This document shows, one piece after another, positions 15,293 through 24,542 of a stretch of DNA of 64,000 nt. The DNA comes from Candidatus Giovannonibacteria bacterium (GTDB lineage Bacteria; Patescibacteriota; Minisyncoccia; UBA11713; 2-01-FULL-45-33). The notes under the pieces were generated by a model, which worked only from the letters and a program-made list of their open reading frames with translations, had not been told where the DNA came from and did not search any database. Both the position numbers and the translations under genes were made by a program. Numbering within the stretch: position 1 is the first letter of the stretch; every line of letters begins with the position of its first letter. Location of the stretch: the NCBI GenBank assembly GCA_016176295.1, contig JACOXN010000008.1:4638-68637 (forward strand), in the 5' to 3' direction.

Positions 15293-17852
15293 ATGAAAAA
15301 AGAAACATATAAAATCCATGGAATGCATTGCGCAAGCTGTGTCGCGACCATCGAACGGGCGCTTTCCAAAACTCCGGGGGTACACTCCTCTTCCGTTAAT
15401 TTTGCCGCTGAATCGGCGCTTATCGAATTTGATGAAAATATCGTTTCGGAAAACGACTTGGCAAAAATTGTCGGGTCAGTGGGATATCATCTCATGACCG
15501 GAACAAAAGAAAAAGCACCCCCCCAAACCAATGTCCGAAACTTAGTTTCGGACAAAAAGATGCTAGACGCAAGGAACGAAACCGTTTCAATGAAGGTTTG
15601 GGGAATGGATTCGCCACATTGCGCAATGATAGTCGAGGGAGCGCTCAAAAAACTGCCGGGAATCAAAAATACCGAAGTCGATTACCCAAACCAACGGGCA
15701 AAAGCAGTTTTCGATCCGACTCTAACGAATATCGATGACATCTTCAAAGTTATCACTGACGCGGGATACAAACCCAAGAAAGAAGACGGCGAAGCGAATG
15801 ATATTTTGGATAAAGAGAAAGCGGAAAGAGAAAAACAAATAAAGGATATGAAACGCAAGCTCATCATAGGCGGCGCACTTTCGGCAGTCATATTTCTGGG
15901 AAGTTTCCCGGAATGGTTTTTCTTCATCCCCAAAATTTTAAACAACAACTGGATACTTCTGCTCTTAACGACTCCCGTTCAATTCTGGGTAGGTTCCCAG
16001 TTTTACAGCGGGCTCAGGCTCCTCTTTAAATACCGCACGGCCGACATGAATACCTTGATAGCCATCGGCACTCTTGCGGCATATTTATACAGCGCAGCAG
16101 TCACTCTCTTGCCGTCATTTTTCACGGAGGGAGCCGTAGCTCCGGATATATACTTCGATACTGCGGCGATAATCATCGTTCTCATTCTTCTCGGAAAATA
16201 CTTCGAGATTCTGATGAAGGGAAGGGCCTCCGAGGCCATAAAAAAACTTGCCGGCCTTCAGCCCAAAACGGCAAAGGTCATAAAAAACGGAAAGGAAATT
16301 GAAATAGCCATTGCGGATGTAGCCGTGGGAGACCGTATAGTAGTACGGCCGGGCGAAAGAATCCCCGTTGACGGAAAAATAACCGAAGGAGAATCGGAAA
16401 TAGACGAATCGATGATAACCGGAGAATCAATGCCGGTGCATAAGCAGGCAGGCAGCGCGGTCATCGGCAGCACCATAAATAAATTCGGAACATTCACTTT
16501 CGAGGCCACGAAAATCGGCAAAGACACGGTACTTTCGCAGATCATAAAAATGGTAGAAGAGGCCCAGGGCTCCAAAGCGCCGATCCAGCGGCTGGCCGAT
16601 CTGGTTTCTTCCTATTTCGTCCCCGCTGTGTTCATTGTAGCGATCCTGGCCTTTCTGCTTTGGCTTTTCTTCGGACCGGTTCCGGCTTTTACATTCGCTT
16701 TGGTAAATTTCGTGGCAGTTTTGATAATCGCCTGCCCGTGCGCTTTGGGGCTTGCCACACCGATGGCAATCATGGTTTCTTCCGGGAGCGCCGCCGGCAA
16801 AGGAATTCTGATAAAAGATGCCGCTTCCCTGGAAATCGCCGTCAAAATAAACACGGTCATTTTGGATAAAACCGGCACTCTGACGGAAGGAAAACCGCGG
16901 TTGACCGACATTATCGGACTCAATTCCGATAAGGCGGAAGTTCTCAACCTTGCCGCTTCATTGGAACAGCGTTCAGAGCACCCGCTGGCGCAGGCGATTT
17001 TGCAATACGCCGCAAGCCTTGACCAAAATTCTTCGCACCCGCTCGACAAAGCCATCATGGACGAAGTAGCCAAAGAAAAGATTAAACTTTACGGCTTGGT
17101 AAATTTTAAAGCCATTTCAGGAAAAGGACTGAAAGGAACGCTGCAAATCGGATCCCAAAAGGCTGAGGCGTATTTGGGAAACCGGGCCTTGATGGCGGAT
17201 ATCGGTCTTCCGGTTTCTTCTTACGAGGACGCAATAGGCAAGCTTGAAAGCGAAGGAAAGACCGTAATGATCTTGGCCGTTGATAAAAAGATCAGGGGCG
17301 CTTTGGCTGTCGCCGATGTGTTAAAAAAAGAATCGGCTGAAGCGGTGCGCGCCCTCAAAAACAAAAATATGGATGCTCACCGGAGACAATGAACGCACCG
17401 CCCGCTCTATCGCCGCCCAAGCAGGCATAGAGAATATCATGAGCGAAGTGTTGCCGGATAAGAAATCGGAAAAAGTTCGCGAACTTCGTGAAAAAGGAAA
17501 AATCGTGGCAATGATAGGCGACGGCATCAACGACGCTCCCGCCCTCACCCAGGCCGACATCGGCATTGCCATGGGCGAAGGCACCGATATCGCCATGGAA
17601 TCGGCCAACATAACCCTGATGAGAGGAAATCTGATGCTTATCCCGGAAGTGATAAATATTTCAAAGCGGACGATGAGAATAATAAAACAAAATCTTTTCT
17701 GGGCGTTTTTCTACAACATCGCTTTCATACCGGTTGCGGCCGGAGCGCTCTACCCCCTCTTTGGGATATTGCTGAACCCGGTTTTTGCCGCCGTCGCGAT
17801 GGCCGCCAGCAGCATCAGCGTTGTGATGAATTCACTTAGATTGAGAAATTAA
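15293..17852 (+). pseudogene. copA: copper-translocating P1B-type ATPase CopA, split by a 1-nt frameshift in an A-run (fragments 15293..17392 and 17373..17852)
   Basis: Two HMA domains (GMHCASCV, plus degenerate GMDSPHCA), with CPC, DKTGTLTEG, SEHPLA. After ..AVRALKNKN the frame breaks. Removing one A from AAAAA 17363-17367 gives ..ALKNKIWMLTGDNERTA..GDGINDAPAL. Confidence 0.75.
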
Positions 17853-17855
17853 ACT

Positions 17856-17929
17856 TGGTGCGGTCGGCGGGAATTGAACCCGCGTCTCGTCCTTGGCAAG
17901 GACGCATAATGCCGTTATACCACGACCGC
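17856..17929 (-). tRNA. tRNA-Gly (anticodon GCC), CCA encoded
   Basis: Acceptor GCGGTCG/CGACCGC. Anticodon arm CGTCC-TTGCCAA-GGACG. T arm GCGGG-TTCAATT-CCCGC. 3' ACCA. Confidence 0.88.
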
Positions 17930-18034
17930 ATGGATTTAAATTAACAAAATAAGGTCCTAAATTCAAGCTATGGCCAAAAAAATGCCCACAACCTGCGCAT
18001 GACGCGGGGTTTTTAAGGTTGTATAATTATATCT

Positions 18035-18847
18035 ATGACAAAAACAACCAAAATCTTACTAATTTTACTGGCTATAACCGGCGTCATCATAATGGGCTAT
18101 CTCCTTAAACTGAAATATGCTTCCAGCGGAAGCTCTTTCTGCAATCTGGGAGAAGGCCTTTCATGCGACTCCGTAAATCAAAGCGTGTACTCCGAGGTTA
18201 TGGGCATACCCATGTCCGGGCTTGGGCTCCTATATTTTATGGGAGTGCTTTTAGCGGTTCTGCTAAAACCGGATAAACAAACTCTTAAGGCAATCATCTT
18301 CCTTTCCGTCGCTTTCATGGGACCTTCGCTCTATCTTTCGGCGATGGAATTCTTCGTTCTAAAAAATGTCTGCATCCTCTGCGAAACTTCCAAAGTCATT
18401 ATCCTGGCGATAATCGCCGTATCGTGGCTGTCGCTTAAACCCGAAAAATTAGTTTCGCAAACGGTTGCCGCGGCTATTATCCTTGGTCTACTCATGGCAG
18501 GCGCTACTTATTTCCTCCAATCGAACGCCGGCCCCGGAAAAATTTACAATGAATTCGCTCAGTGCTTGAGCGACAAGGGCTACATAATGTACGGCTCTAT
18601 TACTTGCGCCTCCTGCGCCAGGCAAAGAACCATGTTCGGCGAAGAAGCTTTTAAAAATATAAAAGAGATTGAATGCGACCCCAGAAATCCCAATAACGTC
18701 GCAGAACTCTGTATCGCCAAAAATATCAAAGGTACCCCGACCTGGATACAGGAGGATGCCGATGGCAAGGAGCTGTATAGGTTCGATAAAGGGTTTCAAA
18801 CGATGGAAAAACTGAGCGAAGTCTCGGGCTGTAAATTACCGGATTAA
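18035..18847 (+). CDS. vitamin K epoxide reductase (VKOR)-family protein fused to a thioredoxin-like domain
   Basis: 270 aa with 4-5 TM helices. VKOR Cys pairs are CNLGEGLSC and CILC. The C-terminal Trx-like domain carries CASC. Confidence 0.8.
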   Translation: MTKTTKILLILLAITGVIIMGYLLKLKYASSGSSFCNLGEGLSCDSVNQSVYSEVMGIPMSGLGLLYFMGVLLAVLLKPDKQTLKAIIFLSVAFMGPSLYLSAMEFFVLKNVCILCETSKVIILAIIAVSWLSLKPEKLVSQTVAAAIILGLLMAGATYFLQSNAGPGKIYNEFAQCLSDKGYIMYGSITCASCARQRTMFGEEAFKNIKEIECDPRNPNNVAELCIAKNIKGTPTWIQEDADGKELYRFDKGFQTMEKLSEVSGCKLPD

Positions 18848-18856
18848 TTATAAAAA

Positions 18857-19567
18857 ATGATTGCTGAAAATTTAACTTTAGGCATAGTTTTAGGCGCTGC
18901 GCTTGTGGACTCCATCAATCCCTGCGTCTTCGGAGTCCTTATATTCCTTCTCGCGTTCATGACCAGGGTATTTAAAAGCCGTTCACGCATGCTTCTTTGC
19001 GGCCTATGGTACAGCCTAGTGGTTTATGCCACTTATCTGGCACTGGGATTCGGTATATTGAAGCTCGCGGTTTCGATAGGATTCGCCACAGGTTTCTACT
19101 GGATAGCGGCTACCGTAGCTATTGTCGCCGGACTTTTGGAAATGAAAGACTTTTGGTGGTACGGGAAAGGCTTTTCCCTCCAGATGTTGCCTGGCGGTTC
19201 GCAAAGGGTAAAAATGTACACTGAAAAACTCGAAATCTGGCAGGAAAAATATCCGAGTCTCAGCTTCTTGCTGATAGGATTTCTCGGAATATTCGTTGTT
19301 CTGGTGGAGCTTCCCTGCACCGGCGCTCCTTATTTCGCGGTGCTTGCGCTGCTCGCCAAGGGAGATTACAGCGTCGCGGTCCCCTATCTTCTCATTTACA
19401 ACTTCGTCTTTGTTCTGCCGCTCCTCGCCATCGTGGCAATTGCCTACTTCGGCACGGCATCGGAAAGGCTGGAGGCCTGGAGACAGGAACACCGCGGATT
19501 CATGCGGCTTGTTATCGGGCTATTCCTTATCGCACTCGGAATTTACATGATTTATTCGCTCGTCTAG
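18857..19567 (+). CDS. CcdA/DsbD-type thiol-disulfide transporter membrane protein
   Basis: 236 aa polytopic protein. The conserved Cys lie in SINPCVFGVL and ELPCTGAPY. Confidence 0.8.
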   Translation: MIAENLTLGIVLGAALVDSINPCVFGVLIFLLAFMTRVFKSRSRMLLCGLWYSLVVYATYLALGFGILKLAVSIGFATGFYWIAATVAIVAGLLEMKDFWWYGKGFSLQMLPGGSQRVKMYTEKLEIWQEKYPSLSFLLIGFLGIFVVLVELPCTGAPYFAVLALLAKGDYSVAVPYLLIYNFVFVLPLLAIVAIAYFGTASERLEAWRQEHRGFMRLVIGLFLIALGIYMIYSLV

Positions 19568-19577
19568 CAGCTTCCAA

Positions 19578-22181
19578 ATGAACTTAGCTTGGCACTCGAG
19601 AACACTCGAAGACATCGGCCGCGAACTGAAAACAGACCTCACAAACGGTCTCTCGCTCAAAGAAGCCGAGACCAGGATGACTTCTTTTGGGAAAAATACT
19701 CTCCCCACCGGAAAAAAACTCGCGTGGTGGCAACTTTTTTTGGGACAATTTAAAAACCCGCTCGTTACAATTCTTTTGATTGCCGCGGGTCTCACTTACT
19801 TGCTGGAGGAGTACCTGGATACAACAGTCATTGTTTTGGCAGTCCTCGTCAATGTTTTTATAGGCTTCTGGCAAGAATTTCGCTCCAATACTATCTTTGA
19901 AAAACTGCAGAAACTGATGCAAGTGAGCGCAGAAGTCTTAAGAGACGGCGAAATGCGCGAAATAAGCGCAACGGAAGTGGTGCCTGGCGATATCGTTCTG
20001 CTCCGCACCGGGGTCAAAATTCCTGCAGATATCAGACTTATTTTTGTAAAGGATCTGGAAATAAATGAAGCTCTATTAACAGGTGAATCTATTGCGGTAA
20101 AAAAGTCCGTCGCAGATCTTCCGGAAAAAACAACGCTTGCAGACAGAACCAATATGGCACACACGGGTACCGTGGTGGAACGCGGTGAAGGCAAAGGAAT
20201 TGTCGTAGCAACCGGAGAAAAAACCGAACTGGGGCAAATAGCAAAACTAACAGCTTCCGTGGAAGACGCCCCCACTCCTCTTCAGGAACGACTTTCTCAT
20301 CTCGGAAAGATAATTTCGCTTTTTGTGGTCGCTGCAGCCGCCCTAATACTTATAACTGAACTTTGGGAAAAAAGGGGGTTCGTCGACTCATTCACCGTGG
20401 CTGTAGCTATCGCTGTTGCCGCGATTCCCGAAGGTCTGCCCGCCGCCCTTTCGGTAGTGCTTGCGGTTTCCTCTCAAAGAATTTTAAATAAAAAAGGGTT
20501 GGTAAAAACTCTTTTGGGGGCTGAAACTTTAGGATCTACAACTGTAATCTGCACAGACAAAACCGGCACCATGACGGAAGGGATAATGAAAGTGGAAAAA
20601 ATTGTCGAATCTGACGATGAAGAAAAAACAAATCTGGCACTTGCCTTAGCCAACGAAGCGTTCATTGTGGATCAAAAATTTAAAGGGGAAGCTACCGATA
20701 TCGCAAAACTTGAATATTTTGCCGCAAAAGGCGGCGATTTTAAAAAAATCTCTCTAGAGCTACCCCGGCTTGAGCTGATGCCCTTCAATCAGGATCTTAA
20801 ATATATTGCGTCTTTCCACAAACTGGTAAACGATAAAATAAAAATTTTTGTAAGCGGCGCCCCCGAACGTCTTCTTGGATTAGCAGACTCCGAAAAGGAA
20901 AAAAAAGAAAAAATCTCAGCCACTATTGATGAGCTTGCCAAACAAGGCTACAGGCTTATCGGAACAGCGGAAAAAACTATTACCAGCGCCGACTTTGCTG
21001 GAAAAAACGAAGAAAATTTAAGAAATCTTATAACCGGACTTTCCTTCACTGGAATCGCAGCGATCAGAGATCCGATCAGACCGGATGTTAAGCAATCCAT
21101 AACCGAAACAAAAAGAGCCGGCATACGGACAATAATGATAACCGGCGACCACAAATTCACTGCTACCGCCATAGGAAAGGATGTCGGTTTTAAAATCGGA
21201 ACCAATTCCGTGATCGAGGGAGACGAACTCGACCACTGGAGCGATGCCGAACTTACTCAAAGGATCGGAACAATAGAAATAATCGCCCGGGCCACCCCAA
21301 AGCACAAAATGAAAATAATAGATGCTTTAAGAATAGCGGGTGAAGTTGTCGCAATGACCGGCGACGGCGTAAACGACGCGCCGGCTCTGAAAGCCGCGGA
21401 CGTTGGAGTCGCGCTTGGCGCGGGCACAGATGTTACAAAGGAAGCCGCTGACCTAGTGCTGTTGAATGACAGCTTTTCCACTATTACTGCTGCGGTAAAA
21501 CAAGGCCGTATTGCTTTTGATAATATCAGAAAAGTTGTCGTTTTTCTCCTCGCCAATTCTTTCACGGAGCTTATTCTGGTACTCACGGCGCTCATATTGC
21601 GCATACCGCTTCCAATAACCGCAGTGCAGATCCTCTGGGCTAACCTTGTGGAAGACGGCTTGCCAAACTTTGCGCTTGCTTTCGAACCAGGCACAAACGA
21701 TGTTATGGAAAGAAAACCGTTCAGGAGAAAAGAACCCATTCTTGATAAAGAAGGTTTATATATGGTTTATGCCGTAGGTATTCTTACCGATATATTTCTG
21801 GTTGGTCTGTACCTGATGCTTTATTACGCCGGCAGTTATACAATTGAGCATATACAAACAATAATGTTTGCGGCTGTAGCCAGCGACTCCTTAATTTATG
21901 TTTTTTCTATAAAGAACCTGAAAATCTCGATCTTCAGGACTAAGATATTTAACAACCTATATCTGGTTTTTGCGGTTGCGGCCGGTTTCATTCTTATTAT
22001 TGCCTCGATTTATGTACCCTTCTTAAGCCGATTTCTTGAAACCGTGCCATTAGGGCTGTTTGAGATCTCACTGGTTGCGGCTTCCGGTATCACAAGACTC
22101 ATGCTGATAGAGCTCACAAAATGGTGGTTTAGGAGAAAAGATAAAATCGCCTCTCCTGCGGTTTTGCAGCCGGCGAATTAA
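19578..22181 (+). CDS. cation-transporting P2-type ATPase (Ca2+/cation family)
   Basis: 867 aa with TGES, IPEGLPA, CTDKTGTMTEG, MITGDH, TGDGVNDAPALKAADVG, and 10 TM-type hydrophobic segments. Confidence 0.88.
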   Translation: MNLAWHSRTLEDIGRELKTDLTNGLSLKEAETRMTSFGKNTLPTGKKLAWWQLFLGQFKNPLVTILLIAAGLTYLLEEYLDTTVIVLAVLVNVFIGFWQEFRSNTIFEKLQKLMQVSAEVLRDGEMREISATEVVPGDIVLLRTGVKIPADIRLIFVKDLEINEALLTGESIAVKKSVADLPEKTTLADRTNMAHTGTVVERGEGKGIVVATGEKTELGQIAKLTASVEDAPTPLQERLSHLGKIISLFVVAAAALILITELWEKRGFVDSFTVAVAIAVAAIPEGLPAALSVVLAVSSQRILNKKGLVKTLLGAETLGSTTVICTDKTGTMTEGIMKVEKIVESDDEEKTNLALALANEAFIVDQKFKGEATDIAKLEYFAAKGGDFKKISLELPRLELMPFNQDLKYIASFHKLVNDKIKIFVSGAPERLLGLADSEKEKKEKISATIDELAKQGYRLIGTAEKTITSADFAGKNEENLRNLITGLSFTGIAAIRDPIRPDVKQSITETKRAGIRTIMITGDHKFTATAIGKDVGFKIGTNSVIEGDELDHWSDAELTQRIGTIEIIARATPKHKMKIIDALRIAGEVVAMTGDGVNDAPALKAADVGVALGAGTDVTKEAADLVLLNDSFSTITAAVKQGRIAFDNIRKVVVFLLANSFTELILVLTALILRIPLPITAVQILWANLVEDGLPNFALAFEPGTNDVMERKPFRRKEPILDKEGLYMVYAVGILTDIFLVGLYLMLYYAGSYTIEHIQTIMFAAVASDSLIYVFSIKNLKISIFRTKIFNNLYLVFAVAAGFILIIASIYVPFLSRFLETVPLGLFEISLVAASGITRLMLIELTKWWFRRKDKIASPAVLQPAN

Positions 22182-22199
22182 TAGATTAAAATAAAAGAT

Positions 22200-22373
22200 A
22201 TGGAAACAATAACAGAAAAAATCGAAAAGTGCGCAAAATGCGGCAAAGAGAAAAAAGCAAGCGAAGGGGTCTATATACTTGAGGGCTCCACGTTCTGCTG
22301 CAAAGAGTGCTGCGGCGACCCGTCCAAGAACGAGCACAAGGAAAAGAAATCCAACGTCTGCGAATTTTGCTAG
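22200..22373 (+). CDS. small Cys-rich TRASH/YHS-like metal-binding protein (57 aa; below the ORF-track cutoff)
   Basis: METITEKIEKCAKCGKEKKASEGVYILEGSTFCCKECCGDPSKNEHKEKKSNVCEFC. CxxC-(18)-CCxxCC resembles the TRASH pattern. It lies directly after the P-type ATPase and is followed by a terminator. Confidence 0.55.
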   Translation: METITEKIEKCAKCGKEKKASEGVYILEGSTFCCKECCGDPSKNEHKEKKSNVCEFC

Positions 22374-22393
22374 CCAGGCGGAAAAAGAAAAAA

Positions 22394-22418
22394 ACTAACC
22401 TTAACGGGTTAGTTTTTT
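22394..22418 (+). terminator. rho-independent terminator after the TRASH-like ORF
   Basis: ACTAACC-TTAAC-GGGTTAGT followed by TTTTTT. It overlaps the stop codon of the convergent M48 gene. Confidence 0.55.
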
Positions 22419-23639
22419 GATGGCTTCGAACCGGGCCAAAGGCGCCGGGTGGCTGTAATGCATGAAAACATACAGGGGATGCGGCGTAAGGTTGGAAAGC
22501 GTATCCTTACCTAATTTTTTGAGGCAGCTTATCATCTCGTCGGCCAGGCCGACTTTTCTTATCGAATACTCGTCCGCTTCATACTCGAACTTGCGCGACG
22601 CCATGTTCTTCAATGCCGACAGCACTTGGCTGATCACGGAATAGACTATGGACATCAGCACCAAGCCCGCGTAGACGGAGAAATTTTCCACTCTGAAAGC
22701 CGCAAAGAACCCCAAGCTCCCCAGCAAGAAAGAAAGCAGGTAGAGTTCAATGCCGAACTCTACGATGCCGGAAACCAGCATGTAGGTAACGTGCCTTTTT
22801 TTGCAATGGCCGATTTCGTGCCCCAAAACGGCGAGTATTTCCTTCACAGTGTACCCGGAAACCAACGTGTCAAAAAGAGCTATTCTTTTGGTCTTGCCGA
22901 ATCCGGTGAAAAAAGCGTTGGATTTGCTGGAACGGCGTGAACCGTCAATAACATAAATTCCGGATATCGGAAATTGAAGTTTCTGAGAGAGAAGGTAAAT
23001 TTCGCTTTTTAGCTCACCGTCCTCCAAAGGCGTGAACTTAAAAAAAAGCGGATAGAGCAAGACCGGCGCTATAAAATAAATGAATAGCATTACGACCGTG
23101 GCAAAGACCCAGGCGTAAAGCCAGGCCAAAACTCCCGCCCACATAAAGAAAGCCAAGACCGCGGCCAATATCGGTCCCCCGACGAGCGCTGCAAGCGCGA
23201 TGCTTTTTAAAATATCAAGAATGAAAGTTCCTGCGGTCGTCCGATTGAATCCGAATTTTTCCTCGATAACGAACGTGCTGTATATCCCGAAAGGAAGAGA
23301 GAGCAGCATGCTTCCCAAAGCGAGGGCACCGATGTAAAGGAGCCCCGTAACCAAATCGCCGAAACCCCATGCCCTAAGATAAATGTCGAGCCAATTGAAT
23401 CCTCCGGCAAACCAGAAGAAAAGAAGAACCGCGAAACTGAAAGCTTCTTCGACCATGCCGAACTTGGTCCTCACTGACGTGTACTCCTGTGTTTTGCGGT
23501 AAGTATCCGCATCGTATTCGCCGGCAAACTCCGGCGGCAAGCCCGCTTTCGAAGCGGTCATATTCAGGTCATCCGCGATGAAATTCACGATGATCCTTAA
23601 AAGCAGAAAAAATAGGATGATTTCTCCGAACAAATTCAT
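22401..23639 (-). CDS. M48 family zinc metalloprotease (Ste24/HtpX-like)
   Basis: 412 aa polytopic protein with HEIGHCKKRH (HExxH) and a downstream EYEAD segment. Confidence 0.85.
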   Translation of the reverse strand: MNLFGEIILFFLLLRIIVNFIADDLNMTASKAGLPPEFAGEYDADTYRKTQEYTSVRTKFGMVEEAFSFAVLLFFWFAGGFNWLDIYLRAWGFGDLVTGLLYIGALALGSMLLSLPFGIYSTFVIEEKFGFNRTTAGTFILDILKSIALAALVGGPILAAVLAFFMWAGVLAWLYAWVFATVVMLFIYFIAPVLLYPLFFKFTPLEDGELKSEIYLLSQKLQFPISGIYVIDGSRRSSKSNAFFTGFGKTKRIALFDTLVSGYTVKEILAVLGHEIGHCKKRHVTYMLVSGIVEFGIELYLLSFLLGSLGFFAAFRVENFSVYAGLVLMSIVYSVISQVLSALKNMASRKFEYEADEYSIRKVGLADEMISCLKKLGKDTLSNLTPHPLYVFMHYSHPAPLARFEAIKKLTR

Positions 23640-23695
23640 AGGTTTCCTTTCATAATCTCAATCGAATATACAAGAAACAATGCTCGTAATCAAGC

Positions 23696-24013
23696 TTACT
23701 TAAGCCCTTTAATATCGGGCCGCTTGGCTTTAATTTCTTTTCGCAAAGTCTCGTCTGCCAGCATATTAAAACCGAATGAATCAAGTTTTGATTGTATTTC
23801 ATCTTTAGTCCCATGCTCCACCAGAAAATGTCGCATGGAATCCCTCTCTTCGATAGTAATACCCCTCTCGTCCCCTATTAAATATTTTTGCCATTTTTCT
23901 TTTGCCGCTTCGCGGAACCATTTGCCAAAACTTTCATCATTCTCTTCATACGGAAGCTCCGGCATATTTTCCTGCATTTCCGACAAGTCCTGTTTTTTCG
24001 GCTCTTTTTCCAT
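23696..24013 (-). CDS. hypothetical acidic protein (105 aa)
   Basis: Clean ORF with no recognisable motif. Confidence 0.45.
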   Translation of the reverse strand: MEKEPKKQDLSEMQENMPELPYEENDESFGKWFREAAKEKWQKYLIGDERGITIEERDSMRHFLVEHGTKDEIQSKLDSFGFNMLADETLRKEIKAKRPDIKGLK

Positions 24014-24035
24014 AAGCGATAAAAATAAAATTGTC

Positions 24036-24120
24036 TGGTGCCCCCGAGAGGATTTGAACCTCTACGCCTTTCGGCAATCGATCTTAAGTCGATCGCGTCT
24101 GCCAGTTCCGCCACGGGGGC
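24036..24120 (-). tRNA. tRNA-Leu (anticodon TAA), CCA encoded
   Basis: Acceptor GCCCCCG/CGGGGGC. Anticodon arm ATCGA-CTTAAGA-TCGAT. Long variable arm, T arm AGAGG-TTCAAAT-CCTCT. 3' ACCA. Confidence 0.9.
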
Positions 24121-24121
24121 A

Positions 24122-24196
24122 TGGAGGCACGGGCGGGAATTGAACCCGCGTATAAGGGTTTTGCAGACCCTTGCCTTACCACTTGGCTACCGTGCC
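24122..24196 (-). tRNA. tRNA-Cys (anticodon GCA), CCA encoded
   Basis: Acceptor GGCACGG/CCGTGCC. Anticodon arm AGGGT-CTGCAAA-ACCCT. T arm GCGGG-TTCAATT-CCCGC. 3' TCCA. Confidence 0.9.
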
Positions 24197-24538
24197 TTAT
24201 TCTTCATTCTCTACGTTTTTGAGGAGTTTTTCAAGATTTACCCTGTTCTCCATCGAATTATCCGGGAGAAAATTTATTTTCGGTATCTTTCGCGATTTGA
24301 GCTTGGACGAAATATATTTTCTGGCTTCTTTTTCGGATTTTTTAAGCGAGCGGGCCACTTCCGCGGTTTTCTCTTTCGGGAACACCGAAACGAAAATATT
24401 GGCCATGTCTCCGGCCGAGGTCAGCCGGACATCGGTTACCGACAAAAAAACTCCTTCATCCCTCACAAAATCCCGTTCAAGAAAATAAGCAAGCTCGCGC
24501 TTGAGGAAAGAAATGAACCTTTCATTGTGATACGCCAT
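24197..24538 (-). CDS. rbfA: ribosome-binding factor A
   Basis: 113 aa. ERFISFLKRELAYFLERD...VTDVRLTSAGDMANIFVSVFP is a typical RbfA pattern, and the gene sits downstream of infB as usual. Confidence 0.85.
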   Translation of the reverse strand: MAYHNERFISFLKRELAYFLERDFVRDEGVFLSVTDVRLTSAGDMANIFVSVFPKEKTAEVARSLKKSEKEARKYISSKLKSRKIPKINFLPDNSMENRVNLEKLLKNVENEE

Positions 24539-24542
24539 TTGT

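Noticed and set aside
22068-22337. 89-aa minus-strand ORF overlapping the end of the P-type ATPase and the TRASH-like ORF
   Set aside because: It is antisense to two better-supported plus-strand genes and has no motifs.
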